Below are positions 56,730 through 64,000 of a stretch of 64,000 nucleotides of DNA, piece by piece (position 1 is the stretch's first letter; the number at the start of each line of letters is the position of its first letter). The notes under the pieces are model-generated. The model was not told the DNA's origin and searched no databases. It saw only the letters and a program-made list of their open reading frames with translations. Origin of the DNA: an uncultured Candidatus Saccharibacteria bacterium (GTDB lineage: Bacteria > Patescibacteriota > Doudnabacteria > UBA920); assembly GCA_964600695.1 (NCBI GenBank), contig CAZRKK010000001.1, forward strand, positions 168,647 through 232,646, given 5' to 3'. Both the position numbers and the translations under genes were made by a program.

Positions 56730-57101
56730 TTACCTAATAGCTTCCGTGTTAATAACCTGAATACAGCCTTCGATTTCTAATTGGTGAGCTATGTTAACTA
56801 ATTGATCATAATTGAGAGGTTTAGTAGTTAACCCTTTGACAAACAACTCATTCAAACCTGTACACCAAACTTCGTTATCAGAACTAGCACTAGCAGACAT
56901 GGCTGATAAGCCGATAGTAGGCATTTTAGCAAATCTGGCAAGGATTTGTTTTTGCTCGGCTTGATCCTTACCTTTCATATCAGAAAGTAAAATTTTAGCA
57001 GCGGAGAGATCGCGCTTTTCTTGTGCATCTTTCAACAACGGCACAACTCCGTTTAACCCCACCAATAGAGCTAACAATAAAAATATAACTAACTTATTCA
57101 T
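56730..57101 (-). CDS. small secreted hypothetical protein
   Basis: A signal peptide (LVIFLLLALLVGLNG) and two Cys are present, at 123 aa. Confidence 0.45.
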   Translation of the reverse strand: MNKLVIFLLLALLVGLNGVVPLLKDAQEKRDLSAAKILLSDMKGKDQAEQKQILARFAKMPTIGLSAMSASASSDNEVWCTGLNELFVKGLTTKPLNYDQLVNIAHQLEIEGCIQVINTEAIR

Positions 57102-57844
57102 TAGGGTTGTTCTTGTGGCTGAAATTGATCGTAAAATCCAGGAGGAGGTGTAAATTTTTGAACAGGCTCTTCGTTTCCAAAAAAGATCTTAGGATCGGCA
57201 ACATAAACGATCCCTATAAAAAATCCTGCTACAAACAAAACTATAATTGCCGTAAGCCAAATATTAGCTTTGGCTTTTGCAACGTAAGCAAAACGTGAAC
57301 TTAAATCTGTTCGAACAAAATCAAGCTCTTTGTCTATTGGTCGTGTTTCTGATTTTTGAGTCGATTGATAATAAGCCTTGTCATGGACTGGAGTTGGAGG
57401 TGCTAAAAGTTTAATCAAATCACTTCTAGAAATAATGCCTAATAACTTATTAGCATGGTCTACAACAGGAATAGGGTTTTGATTTTTATTCATAAAGACT
57501 TCTGCCAAACCTTCGATAGGCATTTCCGGAGAAGCAAAATAAGCAGTACCAGTCATAATATCCTTAGCAGCAATCTTGGTAAGCTGTTGAGCAGCGTAAG
57601 GCAGTTCTTTATCTCCACCTAAAAACTTTGCGTCCTGTAAGATACGCATAAACCCAGGTAGGTAAAATTTTGAATCAGCAGAGAATAGTTCTCGCTCGGT
57701 AATTAAACCAAGAATCGTACCCTGTTCGTTAACTACTGGGATTCCATTAAAGCCGTGGGTATGTAAAATATCAGCGACTTCACTTACAGGAGTTTCGGCT
57801 TTGACTGTTAACACCCCTGTTGTCATTAAATCTTTTACCAACAT
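57101..57844 (-). CDS. CBS-pair domain protein with a C-terminal TM anchor
   Basis: A tandem CBS domain (MLVKDLMTTGVLTVKAE...GIPVVNEQGTILGLITEREL) and a C-terminal TM helix (IWLTAIIVLFVAGFFIGIVYV) are present. Confidence 0.65.
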   Translation of the reverse strand: MLVKDLMTTGVLTVKAETPVSEVADILHTHGFNGIPVVNEQGTILGLITERELFSADSKFYLPGFMRILQDAKFLGGDKELPYAAQQLTKIAAKDIMTGTAYFASPEMPIEGLAEVFMNKNQNPIPVVDHANKLLGIISRSDLIKLLAPPTPVHDKAYYQSTQKSETRPIDKELDFVRTDLSSRFAYVAKAKANIWLTAIIVLFVAGFFIGIVYVADPKIFFGNEEPVQKFTPPPGFYDQFQPQEQP

Positions 57845-57853
57845 ATATTTTGG

Positions 57854-59668
57854 TTATTTCTTGACACGACCATTATTAGAGCCGCCTGGTAAATTATTAG
57901 TTCCTAAGTCGTCAACATCCAAGGCAATGCTTTGTCCTGTAAAATCGTCTGTGGCACTAAAATTGACGTTCTTAAACAAGACTACACTTTGGCCTGCTTG
58001 AGAATTAGAAGGGTTAATCTTAACATTGAATTCAAGCTTGCGTTCTGGTTCTCCATCGCCTGCATGAGCCACGAGTTGACCCAAACTCCAAGTTAGCTTT
58101 CCGGTCGAGCTATCATACTTAACTAAGTTTCTTTCACTATTAGTAAAGCTTCCAGTATCAATAGTAACTCCAACAGGTACAAACCCAGTTAAAATGCCAT
58201 TGCGGAAATTATTAGAACTGTTAGATAAACTTAAAGATACTCTAAAACTACTTTCAGTACCCACTTGAGGCGGTAAAGATCCTCCGATATGGCTAACCCC
58301 GCCAGACAAACCAGCTGGACTAGAAATTTTTAATTCAAGATCAGAACCTGGAATAAAGCTACTATTTTGATTAGACTTTATCTTTGGAACAATTGTAATT
58401 ACTAAATCTGTGTCACCAGAATCCGTGGCTGGGTCTTTAACCTTAAAGGAGAATTTAATTGTCCCGGAATCACTTGGATTCAAGTTCGCTAAAGTAGATA
58501 ACGAGGAACCATTCCACGAGACTGTTTGGTCTTGCACATAACCAGACTCTGTTTTAATTGATCCATCAACAATTGCGTCAGATTCAATCTGAGCAACTAC
58601 TTGTACTCCAGTATTTACTACTTGAGTATTGTTCTGGAATTTAAGTTCTACAGTTACATTATCACCTGGTTCAACCACACCACCTTTACCACTACCTGAG
58701 GCAGTTTTTGCTTCAATAGACAGCGGTCTGGCCGAAATACTAGTTGTAAAGCTAGTGCTGGATTGAGTAAAGAAGTTACCATTATCATCAAGTACCAGCA
58801 ATTCAGCTTGGAAATCAAAGGATTGGCCAGAACGAGCAGTTTTAAATGATCCTTGAAAACTAATCTTACCGTTACCATTTGCTTTTAGAGTACCTAAATT
58901 CCAAGTGTTATTGCTTAACGAAGGATCTGGTGAACTGGACCCGTAAACAAAGCCTTCTGGGTAAGAAATTTGAATTCTAGCATTATCAATATTTTTAGAA
59001 GAGCTGTTTCTGTAGAATAAATCATATTTAACCACTTCGCTGTTATTAGCCTGTTCTGGGCCAGATAGATCTAAGACTACATCGGCTGCCACTAACTTTG
59101 CAGTATGCGATTGTTCTAAAGTAAATGGTGAGTTGAAGTTATCAAATCTATAACGTAAACGGGCCACTAATTTCTTATCATCATTCACATTCCCTTGGGC
59201 AACAGTCTTAACAATAATTACTGCGTTTTGACCAGTGCTAAGATCTGGGACTTTAAAACTTGAACCAGACAAGTTTTCTGCCTTAGGAGTACTGGCAGAA
59301 TATGTAATGCCTTCATCGTAGACTAACTCCAAATTCATATCTACCAACTTAGATGAGTCTTGATTCAATATTTTAATCTTATACACAAGTTCACCACCAG
59401 CCTGAGTTGTTTCTGGGGCATCAATTGTAAGTTGCACTTTGGCTTGCTCTGTCCGTTCATCCTTCTGTGGCCAAAAAGCAAACACAGCTAAAGCACCAAT
59501 AATCACCACACCAACGACAATTGCTGCGACATACCACTTATTATCAACTAAAAACTGCCGAAACCGTCCGAGACGACTATCGGGTATTTGAGGGACCTCA
59601 GGAGCTAATCCCGAGCTAGGTGTAATATTATCTGGGCCTTTTACAGGCTGAGGAGAAAAGTCTTCCAT
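57854..59668 (-). CDS. cell-surface protein with 4 DUF11/CARDB-like beta-sandwich repeats and an N-terminal TM anchor
   Basis: The TM helix is WYVAAIVVGVVIIGALAVFAFW. Roughly 110-aa repeat modules recur, with patterns such as G.L.Y.I.I.N...V.L.Y..G..Y..S.P. Confidence 0.55.
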   Translation of the reverse strand: MEDFSPQPVKGPDNITPSSGLAPEVPQIPDSRLGRFRQFLVDNKWYVAAIVVGVVIIGALAVFAFWPQKDERTEQAKVQLTIDAPETTQAGGELVYKIKILNQDSSKLVDMNLELVYDEGITYSASTPKAENLSGSSFKVPDLSTGQNAVIIVKTVAQGNVNDDKKLVARLRYRFDNFNSPFTLEQSHTAKLVAADVVLDLSGPEQANNSEVVKYDLFYRNSSSKNIDNARIQISYPEGFVYGSSSPDPSLSNNTWNLGTLKANGNGKISFQGSFKTARSGQSFDFQAELLVLDDNGNFFTQSSTSFTTSISARPLSIEAKTASGSGKGGVVEPGDNVTVELKFQNNTQVVNTGVQVVAQIESDAIVDGSIKTESGYVQDQTVSWNGSSLSTLANLNPSDSGTIKFSFKVKDPATDSGDTDLVITIVPKIKSNQNSSFIPGSDLELKISSPAGLSGGVSHIGGSLPPQVGTESSFRVSLSLSNSSNNFRNGILTGFVPVGVTIDTGSFTNSERNLVKYDSSTGKLTWSLGQLVAHAGDGEPERKLEFNVKINPSNSQAGQSVVLFKNVNFSATDDFTGQSIALDVDDLGTNNLPGGSNNGRVKK

Positions 59669-59698
59669 TAATATAATTATATCACGGTTAAGTCGGGT

Positions 59699-60412
59699 TT
59701 AAACGATTGTAAAATATAAAGTAGCCTTCAGTTCTCTTTCTAATTGATAACTGGCAAATCTTGTTAATAAACTAAGAAGCTCTCTGATAGCTGGTTCTTG
59801 TTCGTGAGAATAATGTGATGGTATATCAAAACTGCGAGAAAGCATGCTTTTGTAAATCTGATAAGCCTCGGTATTCACCGAAACATCCCCACTATCTTCA
59901 TATTGATTAGAAAACTGTCCATTCTTTAGACTGAAGTACGCTGCTTCTGCTTGAGCAAGACGTGGTGCAAAACCAATGGCTTGCAAAGACTCTATATAAA
60001 ACTTTGTGAGTACTGCAATCTCTGAGTGTCCGGAATTTAATGACTGAAGTGAGTCATGATAAATAGCAAATAATTGCTCATTAGGTTGTCCATCTGCCAG
60101 TGAACGAAGTACTAGTTCTTGCATAGCCAACAATACATTCATACCATGCATACTAGAGATAATATTTACGTAACGAGCTAAGGGTTGAACAGTAATAACC
60201 TTTTGCAAGCTTCCCTCTCCGACTAATGTAACTTGCACTAAAATATATGGCTGTAAGTTACCACTAAGCCTACTGGTCATTTTCTTTGCAGACCTTACAA
60301 CAGCTCTAACCTTGCCTTCGGTTTCCGAAAAAAAAGTGAGGAGCAAATCTGCCTCACCTAAATCTTGGCTCTTAATTATAAATCCAGAAATAATCTGATC
60401 TGATTTGTTCAT
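59699..60412 (-). CDS. recO: DNA repair protein RecO
   Basis: An N-terminal OB fold (IISGFIIKSQDLGEADLLLTFFSETEGKVRAVVRSAKKMTSRLSGNLQPY) is followed by a helical C-terminal domain. Confidence 0.6.
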   Translation of the reverse strand: MNKSDQIISGFIIKSQDLGEADLLLTFFSETEGKVRAVVRSAKKMTSRLSGNLQPYILVQVTLVGEGSLQKVITVQPLARYVNIISSMHGMNVLLAMQELVLRSLADGQPNEQLFAIYHDSLQSLNSGHSEIAVLTKFYIESLQAIGFAPRLAQAEAAYFSLKNGQFSNQYEDSGDVSVNTEAYQIYKSMLSRSFDIPSHYSHEQEPAIRELLSLLTRFASYQLERELKATLYFTIV

Positions 60413-60417
60413 AAGTA

Positions 60418-61128
60418 CTATCTGCGCTGGTTAGTTGGTAAATATTTTGGTTCTGGATCACCTTTAAAAATGTTTGGATCTGCAACATATATAATTCCAG
60501 CGATAAACCCTACAATAAACAAAACGATTGCGGTTGTTAACCACACATTTGCCCTAGCCTTGGCTACATAGGCGAAAGTTGAACTAAAATGACTTTGGGC
60601 AAATTCTACCTCGGAGTCTATCATTCGACCACGACCAACGGGTTCAACTGAAGGAATATAAGAACTGCGCACCATATCTGGAGAGAAAAATTTAATCAAA
60701 TCACTTCGAGAGATAACCCCGAGTAATTTATTAGTACTATCAGTGACAGGGACCGGGTTAACACGTTGTTCGGCAAACATTCTGGAGACTTCTTCGATTG
60801 TGGTTTCTGGCCTAGCAAAAGGAATGTTTTGATTCATAATATCCTTGGCTTTAGCGTTTACAATTTGCTCTACAACATGCGGTAAATGCTTACCACCACC
60901 TTGAACGTAGTCCATATTTGATAGCATATGAATGTACGTTGGAAGGTATAAATGAGAGTCTGCTGTAATGAAATCGCGTTCCGAAATTGTACCGAGTACT
61001 CGCCCATCTTCGTTTACCACTGGTACACCAGTAAAATGATGTTGATGAAGTAGCTCTGCCACTTCACTAACAAGAGCATCCGGTTTAACGGTGATGACAT
61101 TGGTGGACATTAAATCTTTGACGAGCAT
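60418..61128 (-). CDS. CBS-pair domain protein with a C-terminal TM anchor, paralog of 57101..57844
   Basis: It has the same architecture and about 50 percent identity (MLVKDLMSTNVITVKPDALVSEVAELLHQHHFTGVPVVNEDGRVLGTISERDF). Confidence 0.65.
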   Translation of the reverse strand: MLVKDLMSTNVITVKPDALVSEVAELLHQHHFTGVPVVNEDGRVLGTISERDFITADSHLYLPTYIHMLSNMDYVQGGGKHLPHVVEQIVNAKAKDIMNQNIPFARPETTIEEVSRMFAEQRVNPVPVTDSTNKLLGVISRSDLIKFFSPDMVRSSYIPSVEPVGRGRMIDSEVEFAQSHFSSTFAYVAKARANVWLTTAIVLFIVGFIAGIIYVADPNIFKGDPEPKYLPTNQRR

Positions 61129-61214
61129 ACGTATATTATATCAGATATTGATGTTAAAGCCCTTGATAATATAAAAAACCATCAACTTAATGATGGTCTT
61201 TAGATTTATATTAG

Positions 61215-61472
61215 CTAGTCTTGGTCGCAGAGCCAAAAACAAGAGGCATCGGCAGATGCAGAATTAGCAGTTTGCCTGACTTTAGTATCTTCCAAGAAAG
61301 CTTGGATCACTTGTCGCGCTTCTTGCTGAGTTTTTGCTTGAGCTACAGCAGCAGAAAAAGCTACCTGCTTCTTATGAAGCTGGCGTTCTAGGTATGTGGT
61401 CCATCCCAGCAATATTGCGCTGGTAACAAGAACCATAACTAATGCGTATTTTAAGCCTTTAAGTGCGTCCAT
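61215..61472 (-). CDS. small membrane protein (85 aa)
   Basis: It has an N-terminal TM helix, a terminator hairpin downstream at 61176-61200, and a C-terminal CFWLC motif. Confidence 0.4.
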   Translation of the reverse strand: MDALKGLKYALVMVLVTSAILLGWTTYLERQLHKKQVAFSAAVAQAKTQQEARQVIQAFLEDTKVRQTANSASADASCFWLCDQD

Positions 61473-61490
61473 AAAATTGCTTGTCCTAAA

Positions 61491-61787
61491 TTAGCGAATA
61501 GGGTTACCATAATCATCTGTATCACCTGGCCCAGCAGGTAAAACTCTCACATTAGTACCTGTTCTTTGTGTAGTTTGAGACTGATTACGGAATCCAGAGT
61601 AAGGATTTCCACAAATCATTCCATCTTCACCACAATAAGAGGTTCCATCACTTGGAGCATTAGCGCTGCTAAATAATGGGGTTTTTGCATAAGCATCGAA
61701 CAAACCGATAGTAATACCACCAGCGATTAAACCAACTAAGAATGCATAGGCAATTTGCCTAGTGATATAAGGAACTTTTTGATTCAT
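61491..61787 (-). CDS. small membrane-anchored protein (98 aa)
   Basis: A TM helix (IAYAFLVGLIAGGITIGLF) is followed by a Gly/Cys-containing tail. Confidence 0.4.
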   Translation of the reverse strand: MNQKVPYITRQIAYAFLVGLIAGGITIGLFDAYAKTPLFSSANAPSDGTSYCGEDGMICGNPYSGFRNQSQTTQRTGTNVRVLPAGPGDTDDYGNPIR

Positions 61788-61883
61788 TTTAGTTTCTCTT
61801 AATAATTTTTAACTACTTAAATCTATCTTTATTATATCCTAATTTCAGGACTACCTGTGGATAACCTACAAAAACCAGAATTT

Positions 61884-64000
61884 TTAAACTTCCACCAAGC
61901 CTAACCAAACCCCTACTCCATTTACTGAAGTTTGAATTTCATAATCGGCTTCTACTTCTAAACTTGTTTTGATCTGGTTGATAAAAGTCTTTTTTCGATC
62001 AACTAACTTGGTTAAAACTTGAGTTAAGTTTTCGTCTGTTGTCGTATAATACAAATCGACAATCTGACCAACCTGTAGACCACTCTTTTTACGCAAATCC
62101 TGAATAGCTCGCTCTAACTCTCGAGCCAAACCTTCATCTTTAAGCTCTGCTGTAATTTCTAAATTTAAATTAACGCTAAGCTTGTTATCAACTTTTGACA
62201 CCCAACCAGAACGAGCAACTACTTCGGCCTTAGATACTTTTTTGACATTCAACTCCTCAGCCAAAATTGCTTCCAAACCCGCATCCAAACTTTGATCACT
62301 ATCACCCAAAGCATCACCTAAACTATACTGTAATTCACCTAAAGGCTGGCGAACTTTTAGATTTTGCTCCTTTCGCAAACTTAAACCCAGTTCTACTAAA
62401 CTTCGCACAGCTTCCATTTCTTGCAAACTACTTTGTCGATATTCTCGAACATCACTCCATTTAGCAAGATGAACAGATGATAGTCCTGTTAAGTCACGGT
62501 AAATTTGCTCGGAAATATAAGGCATTAGAGGTGCTAACATTTTAGTAATCTCTACTAAAGTAAAACCAAACACAGCCAAGGCTTCTTGCGATTCTGGTGT
62601 TCCTGCTTTCATGCGATCACGACTACGGCGAACAAACCAAGTAGAGAGCTCAGTAACAAGTTCGCTTATAGCTCGGCCAGTTTTAGCGGTGTTATACTTA
62701 TCCATCTGTTCCGTAACTTCTTTATGAGTGGCAAAGAGTTTTGATAACATCCAGACATCCAAACTATGTGTCGCTGTCGGTACACTCTCCCCAATCAGAG
62801 CTGTAGAGTACATTCTAAAGAACGTCCATGTGTTCCACAAAATCAAACTAAGTTTACGATTTACTTCGGCGACACCAGCTTCAGAAAAACTTAAGTCTTC
62901 TCCTGCAGTAACAGAGCTATTCAATAAATAAAAGCGTACCGGATCAACCCCATACTTCTGAATAATTTCGTTAGGGTCAGGAAAATTATTTTTGGATTTC
63001 GACATTTTACTGCCATCTTCCGCTAAAATTGTTCCGCTGGTAACCACATTCTTAAAAGGAGCTTTATCAAATAAAATTGTACTGAAAACATGCATGACAT
63101 AAAACCATGCTCTAGTTTGAGGGATGTATTCGGCCACAAAATCTGCTGGCATACGTTGTTTGAATAACTCTTGATTTTCGAAAGGTGCATGGAGTTCTGC
63201 AAATGGCATACTAGCAGATTCCACCCAACAATCGACAACTTCTGGAACGCGAGTCATTGTAAAACTGCACTTATCACATTGTAATTTAACTCGATCAATA
63301 TATGGGCGATGCAAATCTAGCTCGTTAAGTTTTTCCGGATTGAAATCTGGATAAACTGCTCCAAAATTGGTCGATTTTTCTTGCAACTCATTAATAGAAC
63401 CAATACAAACTACGTTATCACATGAATCACTTTCACACTTCCAAAACGGCAAAGCAGTTGCCCAATAACGGTTACGAGTAATATTCCAATCAGGTGCATT
63501 CTGAATCCCTTGCGCAAAGCGACCTTCTTTTAAGTGTTCTGGATACCAATTAATATCTTGATTGAGTTCGAGTAAACGAGATTTGATTTTTTGAATATTG
63601 ATGAACCACGCCGATAGCGCAGAGTAATACAGAGGTGTACCACAACGCCAACAGTGCGGATAGCTATGAGTAAAATTAAGGAACTTATAAACCAAACCTT
63701 TCTCTTTTAGTTCCTTTAAAACTATCTGATCGGCATCTTTGAAAAACTTCTCGCGAAGAGATTCCGGAGCGTTGCTCATGAATTCACCTTTGCTATCCAA
63801 CATTTGTTGACGAGGGAGATTACGATTTTTTGCTGCTAAATAATCTACTTCTCCATACATTGCAGCGTTATGAACAATCCCTGTTCCATCTTCGCCGGTG
63901 ACATAATCTTCTAAATAAATTTTGAAAGCTGTATTATCTGGGTTAGTAATAACGTCATTATAAAGCGGTTCGTAAAATAGACCTTCTAGTGACCGTGCCG
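61884..64000 (-). CDS. ileS: isoleucyl-tRNA synthetase, partial (C-terminal roughly 700 aa; the ORF continues past the window end)
   Basis: KMSKSKNN, PHCWRCGTPL, GTGIVHNAAMYGEVDY and the anticodon-binding domain are present. The reading frame is open to position 64000. Confidence 0.85.
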   Translation of the reverse strand, partial: ARSLEGLFYEPLYNDVITNPDNTAFKIYLEDYVTGEDGTGIVHNAAMYGEVDYLAAKNRNLPRQQMLDSKGEFMSNAPESLREKFFKDADQIVLKELKEKGLVYKFLNFTHSYPHCWRCGTPLYYSALSAWFINIQKIKSRLLELNQDINWYPEHLKEGRFAQGIQNAPDWNITRNRYWATALPFWKCESDSCDNVVCIGSINELQEKSTNFGAVYPDFNPEKLNELDLHRPYIDRVKLQCDKCSFTMTRVPEVVDCWVESASMPFAELHAPFENQELFKQRMPADFVAEYIPQTRAWFYVMHVFSTILFDKAPFKNVVTSGTILAEDGSKMSKSKNNFPDPNEIIQKYGVDPVRFYLLNSSVTAGEDLSFSEAGVAEVNRKLSLILWNTWTFFRMYSTALIGESVPTATHSLDVWMLSKLFATHKEVTEQMDKYNTAKTGRAISELVTELSTWFVRRSRDRMKAGTPESQEALAVFGFTLVEITKMLAPLMPYISEQIYRDLTGLSSVHLAKWSDVREYRQSSLQEMEAVRSLVELGLSLRKEQNLKVRQPLGELQYSLGDALGDSDQSLDAGLEAILAEELNVKKVSKAEVVARSGWVSKVDNKLSVNLNLEITAELKDEGLARELERAIQDLRKKSGLQVGQIVDLYYTTTDENLTQVLTKLVDRKKTFINQIKTSLEVEADYEIQTSVNGVGVWLGLVEV

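Overview
This 64 kb window is a compact, low-GC bacterial chromosomal segment read with the standard genetic code. About 60 tightly packed CDS sit mostly on the minus strand, with two tRNA-Ser genes and one atypical tRNA-like gene, and consensus sigma70-type promoters. No rRNA, CRISPR array, integrase or transposase was found. The gene content is consistent with a reduced-genome Gram-positive-type or CPR/Patescibacteria-like organism: a ProRS lacking the INS domain, a truncated MurF-like ligase, an ECF sigma with a DUF5667-like partner, a DUF11-like surface protein, many small secreted proteins and weak Shine-Dalgarno sites. This lineage call is an inference. Housekeeping genes include serS, lysS, proS, ileS (partial), the gatCAB operon, miaA, ksgA and frr. 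Cell-envelope genes include mreBCD-mrdA, rseP, htpX and lemA. Proteostasis and DNA-transaction genes are clpC (preceded by a CIRCE-like operator), greA, folD, rdgB, holB, comF, recG, radA, recO, recX and uvrD. The standout region is a 14.4 kb minus-strand operon from about 36.9 to 51.4 kb, driven by a perfect TTGCAA-N17-TATAAT promoter with an inverted repeat in its leader. It encodes a minimal type IV secretion-like apparatus with no coupling protein, VirB11 or relaxase in the window. Its clearest components are a VirB4 ATPase split into an N-domain ORF and an ATPase ORF, a VirB3/PrgI-like 2-TM protein, a 1356-aa VirB6-like polytopic protein and a TolB-like beta-propeller, alongside several secreted, membrane-anchored and low-complexity proteins of unknown function. 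radA lies immediately downstream, and comF, recG, recO and uvrD are nearby. Other items worth a second look are a LysM-LysM-CHAP hydrolase with no canonical start codon near its in-frame hydrophobic N-terminus, a 670 bp non-coding gap, two tRNA-Ser paralogs flanking an ECF sigma/anti-sigma/nuclease-like module, and an atypical 74-nt tRNA-like gene whose trailer is complementary to its own anticodon region.
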